Virus record (IMG/VR): IMGVR_UViG_3300017754_001496 | Location: 1 to 49,120 of that record | Source: a virus | Lineage: Duplodnaviria > Caudoviricetes | Direction: 5' to 3' (one strand) | DNA length: 49,120 nt | Shown here: positions 1-8,761 of the stretch, one piece after another | How the letters are laid out: each line of letters opens with the position of its first letter | Numbering within the stretch: the first letter of the stretch is position 1 | Made by a program: the position numbers and the translations under genes | The notes under the pieces: model-generated | What the model saw: the letters and a program-made list of their open reading frames with translations, nothing else | Told to the model about the DNA's origin: nothing | The model's database searches: none

Positions 1-2
1 CA

Positions 3-587
3 TTCAATAACACTACAACTAAAGGTACACCTGTAGAAGCAAGTATGTCTGCACAAGATGCTTACATTCAAGCATTTGAGGGATTATACTTACTTTTGTC
101 ATTGGTAAGAAACTATGCTAATAATGTGCATGTAATGTTTATACCAGGGAATCATGATAGACTAAGTTCATTTCACTTGGTACACGCACTGTCTCAATCA
201 TTTGGAGATGTAGATGGTTTTACTTTCTCTAGTCAATACTCTGAAAGAAAAGTGATGGTATATGGAGAGAATATGTTTTGCTTTGAGCATGGTGATATAT
301 CTAAGAAAATGACTCCTTTGGTATATGCTACTGAGCATCCATATGAGTGGGGTCAAACTACTTATAGAACTTTGTTCACTGGACACTTGCATACTAAAAA
401 GACAACTGAGTTTGTAACTGATAATGAAGTACATGGTTTTACAATAAAAGTATTACCTTCACTTTCAGCAACAGATTATTGGCATTATCATAATAAGTTC
501 ACTGGCAATAAGAGAGCTGCTGTACTTGAGTTGTATAATCCTGCAAATGGTAAAGTTGCAGAGTTTAACTATAACTATAAACTTTGA
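3..587 (+). CDS. Calcineurin-like metallophosphoesterase, 5'-truncated by the window edge
   Basis: Motifs PGNHD, FEHGD and TGHLH. The frame stays open upstream of the ATG at 45 (FNNTTTKGTPVEAS from nt 3), so the N-terminal DxH/GD motifs lie outside the window. Confidence 0.85.
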   Translation, partial: FNNTTTKGTPVEASMSAQDAYIQAFEGLYLLLSLVRNYANNVHVMFIPGNHDRLSSFHLVHALSQSFGDVDGFTFSSQYSERKVMVYGENMFCFEHGDISKKMTPLVYATEHPYEWGQTTYRTLFTGHLHTKKTTEFVTDNEVHGFTIKVLPSLSATDYWHYHNKFTGNKRAAVLELYNPANGKVAEFNYNYKL

Positions 588-605
588 AAATTTACTTTCA
601 AAAGT
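581..605. promoter_or_regulatory. Imperfect inverted repeat over the phosphoesterase stop codon
   Basis: ACTTTGAAA-atttac-TTTCAAAAGT with one bulged base. It is AT-rich and lacks a clear U-tract. Confidence 0.2.
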
Positions 606-614
606 GGAATAAAT

Positions 615-627
615 TTATTAAATTATA
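615..627 (+). promoter_or_regulatory. Candidate late-promoter motif TTATTAAATTATA
   Basis: 12/13 identical to TTATTATATTATA at 45393-45405. Both lie in rare intergenic gaps just upstream of an ATG. Confidence 0.35.
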
Positions 628-640
628 AGAGAGGACTTGT

Positions 641-1213
641 ATGAAAGATGCTTTGAAGCGTAACTTAAATGGCCCTAGGCACAGAGTGAAAAGATTTAAC
701 AGTACTAACAAAGAACTGCTGAGTGAAATAGCAGCTTCTTCTTTAGTAAAGGATCCAGAGAAAGTGCTAGAGGTTATAGTAGAAATGAATAGAGCTATTG
801 CTGATACAGTTATTAATACTAGAGATGGAATAGAATTACCTAATCAACTGGGTTGTATGTTCTTAGGAACTTGTCAACCAAAGATTAGAAAGAATGTAGA
901 CTTCAAAACAACTGATAACTACTTAAAAGTAATTCAGCACAGAAACTGGGAAAGTGATAACTACTTGGCTAAAATCTTTTATACTAACTATTCAAGTAAG
1001 TATAAGTTTAAGTTCCATGAGTTGTGGGGATTTAAAGGATGCAGAGAGTTTACCAGAAAGGTGGGAGCTGAGTATCCTAAGAATTGGAAGATGTATATAC
1101 AGGTAGATCATTCTCTACATGTATCAAGATTATATAGAAACTACTTAAAGGATGTAAATAGACTTGTGGTAGACAAAGAAAGATTAGATGAATATAACCC
1201 ATTAGAATTATGA
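641..1213 (+). CDS. crAss-like IHF/HU-family DNA-binding protein
   Basis: Helical N-terminus followed by GIELPNQLGCMFLG (IHF/HU-like turn), then NVDFKTT...HRNWESDNYLAKIFY...FKGCREFTR. Its position before the tail genes matches crAss-like phages. Confidence 0.65.
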   Translation: MKDALKRNLNGPRHRVKRFNSTNKELLSEIAASSLVKDPEKVLEVIVEMNRAIADTVINTRDGIELPNQLGCMFLGTCQPKIRKNVDFKTTDNYLKVIQHRNWESDNYLAKIFYTNYSSKYKFKFHELWGFKGCREFTRKVGAEYPKNWKMYIQVDHSLHVSRLYRNYLKDVNRLVVDKERLDEYNPLEL

Positions 1214-1752
1214 TGAAAGCATTATTAAATTTTCTAAGAGGCCTTATCAAAGGTGTAGTAGAAATCAAAGAAGAAACTGAGCAGCTTACTGGTGTATATC
1301 ATGTATCAGATGAGATGACTCAGAAGATTAAAAAGTTTGAAGGTTATATGTCCAAAGCATATGCAGATGCAAAAGGGGTGTGGACTATTGGATATGGTAA
1401 TACATTCTATGCTGATGGTACTCCTGTTAAACCTGGAGATACTATTACTAAATCAGAAGCTGAAAAACTATTCTCAGAAGTACTGAATCAGTTTGCTGGT
1501 GATGTTGCTGATGCAGTTAGAGTAGAACTTAATAAGTGTCAGTTTGATGCATTGGTTAGCTTTACATATAATGTAGGAATTGGTAACTTAAAGAGAAGCA
1601 CATTACTTAAAAAAGTAAATGCAAATCCTGAAGATGAATCTATCAGAGATGAATTTAATAAATGGATTAAGTCTGGTGGTAAGACACTTGCTGGATTAGT
1701 TAAGAGAAGAAAAGAGGAAGCAGATTATTACTTTGGTAAAACTTGTAAATAA
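1210..1752 (+). CDS. GH24 (T4-like/RrrD-like) lysozyme, endolysin or virion muramidase
   Basis: FEGYMSKAYADAKGVWTIGYGNT carries the E-x8-D-x5-T triad; also QFDALVSFTYNVG and LAGLVKRRKEEA. Confidence 0.93.
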   Translation: MMKALLNFLRGLIKGVVEIKEETEQLTGVYHVSDEMTQKIKKFEGYMSKAYADAKGVWTIGYGNTFYADGTPVKPGDTITKSEAEKLFSEVLNQFAGDVADAVRVELNKCQFDALVSFTYNVGIGNLKRSTLLKKVNANPEDESIRDEFNKWIKSGGKTLAGLVKRRKEEADYYFGKTCK

Positions 1753-2426
1753 TGGTAGCAACAGTATCAGAAGCAATTAGTAGAATTAGGAATCAGATAA
1801 AGTCTGTAAACATAGATGCCTTTGTTACAGACAGATATATCTTTTCTCTAATTCTCAAACACATCTCTTGGCTTATTAAGCGAGAGGATGATAAAGGTGT
1901 ACTTAGAAAGTATAATAATATATTTCATACATTGGATTACTTTCCAATGATTGATGTAGACAAGGCTGATACTGGATGTTTTTGTATCACTTCTGGCTGC
2001 ACAGTAAAAAGAAGCAGGGATAAAATTCCTCCTGCGTATGAGGGCAGCTATGGTCCTATTATCAGATCTATTACAAGTATAGATGGAACAACTCCACTTA
2101 CTTTAACTTTCCCTTCTACTTATCAAGCAATGATAAGACAGAAGACTTTTAAGTATAATAAGACTCCATATTACTATATTGTAAATGATTATATCTATGT
2201 ACCAAATGTAGATTGGCCAGCAATTAGAGTGGAAGGATTATTTAGATCTGGTCTTGGTAAATACAATTGTGATGTAGACCATGATTGTATATACATGCAA
2301 GATGAGCCATTCTCTGTACCTATGTATTTATATGCAGAAATGGAACAGAATGTAATGAAAGACTTAACTACAAGTATTCAAATTCCAGGAGATATTAATC
2401 AAGACTTTATAAGCAATACTAAGTAA
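1752..2426 (+). CDS. Tail/neck ring protein (crAss-like)
   Basis: N-terminal helix (SEAISRIRNQIK...TDRYIFSLI) and a YYYIVNDYIYVPN...IRVEGLF strand block. It is translationally coupled (TAATG) within the tail module. Confidence 0.6.
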   Translation: MVATVSEAISRIRNQIKSVNIDAFVTDRYIFSLILKHISWLIKREDDKGVLRKYNNIFHTLDYFPMIDVDKADTGCFCITSGCTVKRSRDKIPPAYEGSYGPIIRSITSIDGTTPLTLTFPSTYQAMIRQKTFKYNKTPYYYIVNDYIYVPNVDWPAIRVEGLFRSGLGKYNCDVDHDCIYMQDEPFSVPMYLYAEMEQNVMKDLTTSIQIPGDINQDFISNTK

Positions 2427-3544
2427 TGAAAACAGAACTTCAATATAGAAACTTTGATGATTTAATGAACTCAGTTCGTTCAGACCTGTATACATTTGAT
2501 CAAGATAATTTCATTAATCCTCAAGAGTTAATTAAGATTGCTATTAAAATCAACTATGAACTTGGTTTAAAGATCAATCAATCTAGAGGTAAAATGATTG
2601 ATGTAGTTAATGGAAGAGGTAAACTCCCTGCTGACTTTTATGTAATGAACTTTGCAATGTTGTGTGGAGTTTCTGATGACAGACATACTACTTGTTCAGG
2701 ATCTGAGATGCAAACAATGTACGATCAGATGATTAAACTAGCAGGTATTGTAAATGCTAGACCTTTGATTCAAGTAGCTGATTTATCAGTGGGTGATAAC
2801 ATTGTAACTCACAACTTAGCTTCAACTAATATTGTACTTACTGTTCAAGATTCAAATAAAGATTATGTAAACTTTGAATATGTAATTATAAATCCTGATC
2901 AAGTAAAGATTACAGTATTTGAAAGATACGCAGGTGCAAGAATCAATATCATTGCTGCTGCTAATGTTGTGGCCAATTGTTCTATTAAATTAGACAATTG
3001 TCCAGATGGATGTACTATTACAGAATCAAGACCAGGATTAGTTAGACATTTTCCTAGACCTGTGCCTATTGAGATTCTTCCTTATAACTATGGAGAACCT
3101 GAGTGTAATCTTAGACAAGTTGGACAACCTGTATATAGACTTAAGATTAAGGATGGATTTATTCATACTATTAACTTTACAGAAGGTAGGGTATATCTTA
3201 ACTATGAATCTTTAATGGAAGATGATGATGGTAACTTATTAATATTAGATCATCCGTTGGTTAATGAATATTATGAGTACGCTCTTAAAGAAAGAATACT
3301 TGAAAACTTATTTATGAATGGTGAGAATGTAATTCAAAGATTACAACTATTACAAGCTAAAATGAGACCTATTAGAAATGCTGCATTAAGCTTTATCAAT
3401 ACTCCAGACTTTGGAGAAATGAGGAGAATGTACACTAAGAATAGAAAAGCAATGTATGACAAGTATTATAACATGTTCAATGGTTTAGGATGGTATGGTA
3501 ACTATGTAGGTTCATATAGACCTTCTGGAGGAAGAATAGCATGA
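2426..3544 (+). CDS. Tail tubular/ring protein (Ttub, P22 gp4-like) with an inserted beta domain
   Basis: KIKDGFIHTINFTEGRVYLNYESLMEDDDGNLLILDHPLVNEYYEYALK resembles the crAss Ttub signature. GRGKLPADF lies near the N-terminus, and the gene precedes the stabilisation gene. Confidence 0.7.
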   Translation: MKTELQYRNFDDLMNSVRSDLYTFDQDNFINPQELIKIAIKINYELGLKINQSRGKMIDVVNGRGKLPADFYVMNFAMLCGVSDDRHTTCSGSEMQTMYDQMIKLAGIVNARPLIQVADLSVGDNIVTHNLASTNIVLTVQDSNKDYVNFEYVIINPDQVKITVFERYAGARINIIAAANVVANCSIKLDNCPDGCTITESRPGLVRHFPRPVPIEILPYNYGEPECNLRQVGQPVYRLKIKDGFIHTINFTEGRVYLNYESLMEDDDGNLLILDHPLVNEYYEYALKERILENLFMNGENVIQRLQLLQAKMRPIRNAALSFINTPDFGEMRRMYTKNRKAMYDKYYNMFNGLGWYGNYVGSYRPSGGRIA

Positions 3545-3954
3545 GAATTGTAAAAAAGGTAAATGTAAATATGTACAGCTGTTCTATTTTATTTGTAGTA
3601 ACAAATGAGATGGGAAAGTCAGAAAAGTATTTACAAAAGAAATATGCAAAAGGAACTCTGATTCCTGGTACTCCTGCTGCAGAAGCAGAGGGTATTACTA
3701 TTACAGTAGATGGTAGTTTATACATTGTAATGATAGATGCAAAGTTTCTTAATCATAATACAATAGGTCATGAGTTATTTCATGTTACTAAGAGAATAAC
3801 AGAAGATAGAGAAATTACAGATGAAGAAACTTCTGCTTGGTTAATGGGATTTTTATGTCAAGAATTCTATGCATTCATAGGTAGTGAGAAAGTAAAAAAA
3901 GAATTTGAAAAAGTAGATAACAAAAATGGCAGAGAATCAGGACAATCAAACTAA
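3541..3954 (+). CDS. Small zincin-like metallopeptidase-fold protein
   Basis: TIGHELFHVT (HExxH, 3769-3783) with a downstream DEETSAWLMG helix that could supply the third ligand Glu. Confidence 0.6.
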   Translation: MRIVKKVNVNMYSCSILFVVTNEMGKSEKYLQKKYAKGTLIPGTPAAEAEGITITVDGSLYIVMIDAKFLNHNTIGHELFHVTKRITEDREITDEETSAWLMGFLCQEFYAFIGSEKVKKEFEKVDNKNGRESGQSN

Positions 3955-6900
3955 TTTAAATAGTGTTAAAACATCATCTTTTAACAAAGGTTTAATAAAG
4001 GATTTTAATGATTCTTTTGTACCAGAGGGTGTATGGATTAATGCTATTAATATGGTTAATGCATCCCATCTTGGAGATGGTGGTGTTATAGGTAATGAGC
4101 CTTCTAATAAATTTTGTGTTCAGGTACCTTATGATATTATTGGAATTGTAAGAAGAGATACTGATACTTGGGTTATATTTTCTACTAATGATGCATTATC
4201 TGAAATTGGATTATTTACAGAATCTACTTGCAGTTATTCTAAAATAGTAACTGCCAAATGTCTTAATTTTAAAAGAAGCAATTTAATTACAGGATACATT
4301 CAATACAACTATGATTGTACTTGGTCTGTGTTTTTTGCTGATGGATTAAATCCAGATAGAGCAATTAATTTAGATAAAATTCCTTATCAAATTATAGGAT
4401 ACTCTGGAACTACAGAATGTCCTGTTCCTATCTACAATGATTGTTTAGATTGTGATGCAACTAGACTTGAATATTTATTAAATCCTCCTTGCTATTCTGT
4501 GCAAAAAGCAATAGGAGCAGGTTCACTTTTAAATGGTTCTTATCAAGCTGTGCTTGCTTATTCTATCAATGGGCAAAGAGTAACTAACTATTTTACACCA
4601 AGTAATGTTTTATCTATGTGGGAACACATAGGAGTGGCTGGAGGATTAGAAATTGTAGTATCTAATATAGACACTAGATTTGAGGAATATGAATTAGTAA
4701 TTGTAAGCACTGTAAAATCTCAAACAGTTGCTCGTAAAATTGGTAATTATAGTACAACACAAACTGTAATTTATATTGATAATTATTCAGAAGCTCTTCC
4801 TTCAGTTGAACTTAGTTTAATTCCATTAGTAAATCCTATCTATGAAAAATGTGATAAGATGTTTTCACTTAGTGGATATTTATTAAGGTCAGGTATCTAC
4901 AGTAAATTTGAATTTAATTATCAACCACTTGCTAATCAGATTGTTACATACTGGCAAGAGATAGAATATCCTGCTGACTATTATTATAAGGGTGGATATA
5001 ATACATCTTATATGAGAGATGAGCAATATCCTTTTTTTATTAGATGGTTATATAATGATGGTGATAAATCAGCTTCATATCATATTCCAGGAAGACCAGC
5101 TATAGGTACTGACTTGAGTATTGTAAACAACAATGATGTTTTAAATTTTGCACAAAATAAAAAGTGGCAGGTGTACAATACAGCATCTGTAACAAATTCT
5201 AATGTAAATGTTACATTACCTGATGGAGGAGTAATTAGACAAGAAGGTTTGATGGGTTATTGGGAATCTGTTGAAAACTATCCAGTTAAACCAGATGTCT
5301 ACAATAGCAATCTAACACCAGGAACTGGTATGCCTTATTTTGCCACTGTTTATTCTGATTATGATTTATGTAGTAAACCAATCAGACACCATAAAATGCC
5401 TGATAATACTATTACACATATTCATGATAATGGAGGTAATAAGATTTATATACTAGGTGTAAAGTTTGATAACATCAAACCTCCTGTAGATAATCAAGGA
5501 AATTTTATAACTAATATTATAGGATTTGAAATATTAAGAGGATCTAGAGAAGGTAACAGAACTGTTATTGCAAAAGGTCTTCTTAATAATTTAAGACAGT
5601 ATAGTAACTCTGGTGCATCTTCTAAACAGATGCTTTATCAAAATTATCCATATAATGATTTAAGAGACGATTATTTTTTAAGAACTTCACTAGCAACTAA
5701 TGGTGAACCTGATAGTGTAGATAATGATAGTAATCCATTAACAGGATATAGAAAAGATTACTTTTCTTTTCATTCACCTGAAACAAACTTTGCAAGACCA
5801 TTTTTAAGTTATGATGAAGTTAAAATATACACAGATGAATATGGTGCAGCGTCTGGAAGTTTTGACTATCCATATGGTCAACCAAAGCAGAAATTAATTA
5901 CTAATGCTTCCTATATAATTGGATTAACCATTGGTTTAGGTATAGGATTAAGAGTAGCATGGGGAGCAAAGAGAAAAGAAGGAGCTGAAGATGCAGGTAA
6001 TCCTTTTGTAGCTACAAGTCAAGGAGCAGCAATAGCAGCAGCTGGTGCATTGAGCCCAGCAACTACAGCAGCAATAGGTACAGCATTAACTGGTACAATT
6101 CCTACTACTATGCTAAGTGAGGGTAAAGTAGGAGCTGGTGCAACTGGATTTGGTTCTAGTATTACTTTACCAATTACTACTCAAGAACCAGGAGATTTAA
6201 CAACTCTTGACTTAGCTTATTATTATCCTGGTGCTACAGGTGCACAATTAAGTAAAGCATTTAGAGCAGTTCTGCAAGCTGCAACTATTACTTATTATGG
6301 TGGTCAAGGATTGGAACAAGTAGTTAAAATTATTTATGAATTAATTCCTTTTAGACAATATGCTTTACAGTATAATTCTCATGGTTATTATGATAATTAT
6401 CAGGCAGTAACTTCTTTAGGAAACATAAGAAGAACTAATAATAAAAGTATTTACATAAAAGATCAGATTCAAAACTTTGATACTACTTTTAATATTAACA
6501 ATCTATATAGAGGTGATTATGTGGCTATTAATATTCAAGGTAGTTTTTCTGATCCATCTGTGGCAGATCAATCTAGAGTAAGAGTAAGAGACACCTCTCT
6601 TACTTTTAATAATCCCATAAATCAAAATGTTTCAACACCTATATCTTCTTACTATGGTGCTTTAAAAATTGATTATCAAAATCAATATGGTCAGTTAGAA
6701 GGTATTGTACAGATACCTGTACATAATTGTTTTGTATCAGCTCTTTTTCCTAAAGCAGGTAAAACATATGAAACACCTACTTTATTTGGAGGAGACATTT
6801 ACATAAACAGATACACTGAAAAAAATCCATTCTTCTTTTTTGTTCAGTGGTTATTCAATGAACCTCCAGGAACTGCATTTGACTACAGTGAGTATAGTAA

Positions 6901-8761
6901 TGTATTGTATCCTAGATATTGGGCTAATTTTGATAAGTTTGATACTAGCTCTATTCAAACACCTACTTTTATTGATATACTAAATGCTACATTGACATTA
7001 AGTGGTAAAAATTTAATGAAGTGGACAAAAGCAGCTAGTTCATATCATCATTTAGATAGAGGTGATGCTACCAATTCATTTCAAGTAACAAATGCATGGT
7101 TCTATCTATTTAATAATGGCATCAGAGATTTCTTTGTTGAGTCAGAAGTTAATCTAGCATTTAGAGACTATGGTGATATAACAAGCCAACGTCATTATGA
7201 TGAAGTTAGTGGATACACTGATGTCAAAGCTTTATTTAGAGCAGATATTATAAAAGCTGGTAATTACTATAAGTATGATTACTCATTGTCTGTAAGCAAG
7301 TTACTATCTAACTATATTACATTTTCTTCTTTATTACCTAGAGACTATAGTCCACAAGTTGCTGAAACTTGTTTTAGTTATTATGAAAGAAGAGTGTTAT
7401 ACAGTCTTCCTCAGCAATCAGAACAAAAGAGAGATTCTTGGAGAATATATCTTCCTAATAACTATAAAGAGTTTGATAACATAATTACTAATGTAAAAGC
7501 TATCAATAAAACAGGTAGTATTATATTATTTAAAGATGCTGAACCTACATCTGTTACAGGAGTTGATCAATTACAAACAAGTCAAGGAGTTAAAATTACT
7601 GTAGGTGATGGTGGATTATTTCAGCAGCCATTCCAAACATTAGTTAATGCAGATGATGAATATGAATATGCATCATGTCAAGACACAAGAAGTGCAGTAA
7701 ACACACCTTATGGATTATTTTGGATTAGTAGAGATACAGGTAAAATTTTAAACTATGCTGGTGGTGCAATTACAGATATTGCAATGAATGGTATGAGAGC
7801 ATGGTTTGCACAATACTTACCTAATATTCTAACTACTCAGTTCCCAGGATTTAAAGCCACTGAAAATACACTTGTTGGAATAGGTTGTCAAACAGTATAT
7901 GACACACAGTATGAATTGTTGTACTTCTGTAAGAGAGATTATAAATCTAAGTCTACTAGTCTGTTATTAAATGAAACAACTCAGGAGTTTTACATTGAAA
8001 AACAAACAGGTATTACAATAATTGAATTAGGAGATCCTGACTATTTTGAAGACTGCTCTTGGACCATTAGCTATGATCCTCAAAATAAGATGTGGTTAAG
8101 CTTCCATGATTGGAAACCTGATTATGTGCTTGGTACAAATTATCATTTCTTTACAATTAAAAATGGTGGATTTTGGAAGCACAATGTATTATGTAATAGC
8201 TATTGTAATTACTATGGTCAGAATTACAATTTTGAAATAGAAATGCCAGTTAATACAGGAGCTACAGTTAATACTATAAAAAGTATAGAATACACATTAG
8301 AAGTTCTTAACTACTCTACAGATTGTATAGATCCTTATCATGTATTAAATGCCAACTTTGATTATGCAATGATTTACAATACAGAGCAGAATTCTGGAAT
8401 TTTAAACTTATATTTGAAACCATATAGCCCTGTAGAATTGTTACAATATCCTAAAGTTCAAACTGATTCAATAGATATTCTTTTCTCTAAAGAAGAGAAT
8501 AAGTATAGATTTAATCAGTTCTGGGATGCAACAAGAGACAGGGGAGAATTCTCAGGTAATCAATTCAGGATGTTCAACACAGAACAGAATGGATACAGAA
8601 AATATTTAAATCCTAATTACATTAACTATAGCAAATCACCACTAGAAAGAAAGAAGTTTAGACATTATGGTAACAGACTTATCTTAGGTAGGTATGTATC
8701 TGAAAATCTTAAGTTCAACTTGAAGGTGAGCAATGCTAAAGAAACACTAAGTCCACGATGA
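3926..8761 (+). CDS. Tail stabilisation / muzzle protein (P22 gp10-like, crAss Tstab), 1611 aa
   Basis: SFNKGLIKD...NEPSNKFC start, YMRDEQYPFFIRW, IRHHKMPD, FGGDIYINRY, WTISYDPQNKMWLSFHDWKP. It is beta-rich and directly follows Ttub. Confidence 0.82.
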   Translation: MAENQDNQTNLNSVKTSSFNKGLIKDFNDSFVPEGVWINAINMVNASHLGDGGVIGNEPSNKFCVQVPYDIIGIVRRDTDTWVIFSTNDALSEIGLFTESTCSYSKIVTAKCLNFKRSNLITGYIQYNYDCTWSVFFADGLNPDRAINLDKIPYQIIGYSGTTECPVPIYNDCLDCDATRLEYLLNPPCYSVQKAIGAGSLLNGSYQAVLAYSINGQRVTNYFTPSNVLSMWEHIGVAGGLEIVVSNIDTRFEEYELVIVSTVKSQTVARKIGNYSTTQTVIYIDNYSEALPSVELSLIPLVNPIYEKCDKMFSLSGYLLRSGIYSKFEFNYQPLANQIVTYWQEIEYPADYYYKGGYNTSYMRDEQYPFFIRWLYNDGDKSASYHIPGRPAIGTDLSIVNNNDVLNFAQNKKWQVYNTASVTNSNVNVTLPDGGVIRQEGLMGYWESVENYPVKPDVYNSNLTPGTGMPYFATVYSDYDLCSKPIRHHKMPDNTITHIHDNGGNKIYILGVKFDNIKPPVDNQGNFITNIIGFEILRGSREGNRTVIAKGLLNNLRQYSNSGASSKQMLYQNYPYNDLRDDYFLRTSLATNGEPDSVDNDSNPLTGYRKDYFSFHSPETNFARPFLSYDEVKIYTDEYGAASGSFDYPYGQPKQKLITNASYIIGLTIGLGIGLRVAWGAKRKEGAEDAGNPFVATSQGAAIAAAGALSPATTAAIGTALTGTIPTTMLSEGKVGAGATGFGSSITLPITTQEPGDLTTLDLAYYYPGATGAQLSKAFRAVLQAATITYYGGQGLEQVVKIIYELIPFRQYALQYNSHGYYDNYQAVTSLGNIRRTNNKSIYIKDQIQNFDTTFNINNLYRGDYVAINIQGSFSDPSVADQSRVRVRDTSLTFNNPINQNVSTPISSYYGALKIDYQNQYGQLEGIVQIPVHNCFVSALFPKAGKTYETPTLFGGDIYINRYTEKNPFFFFVQWLFNEPPGTAFDYSEYSNVLYPRYWANFDKFDTSSIQTPTFIDILNATLTLSGKNLMKWTKAASSYHHLDRGDATNSFQVTNAWFYLFNNGIRDFFVESEVNLAFRDYGDITSQRHYDEVSGYTDVKALFRADIIKAGNYYKYDYSLSVSKLLSNYITFSSLLPRDYSPQVAETCFSYYERRVLYSLPQQSEQKRDSWRIYLPNNYKEFDNIITNVKAINKTGSIILFKDAEPTSVTGVDQLQTSQGVKITVGDGGLFQQPFQTLVNADDEYEYASCQDTRSAVNTPYGLFWISRDTGKILNYAGGAITDIAMNGMRAWFAQYLPNILTTQFPGFKATENTLVGIGCQTVYDTQYELLYFCKRDYKSKSTSLLLNETTQEFYIEKQTGITIIELGDPDYFEDCSWTISYDPQNKMWLSFHDWKPDYVLGTNYHFFTIKNGGFWKHNVLCNSYCNYYGQNYNFEIEMPVNTGATVNTIKSIEYTLEVLNYSTDCIDPYHVLNANFDYAMIYNTEQNSGILNLYLKPYSPVELLQYPKVQTDSIDILFSKEENKYRFNQFWDATRDRGEFSGNQFRMFNTEQNGYRKYLNPNYINYSKSPLERKKFRHYGNRLILGRYVSENLKFNLKVSNAKETLSPR

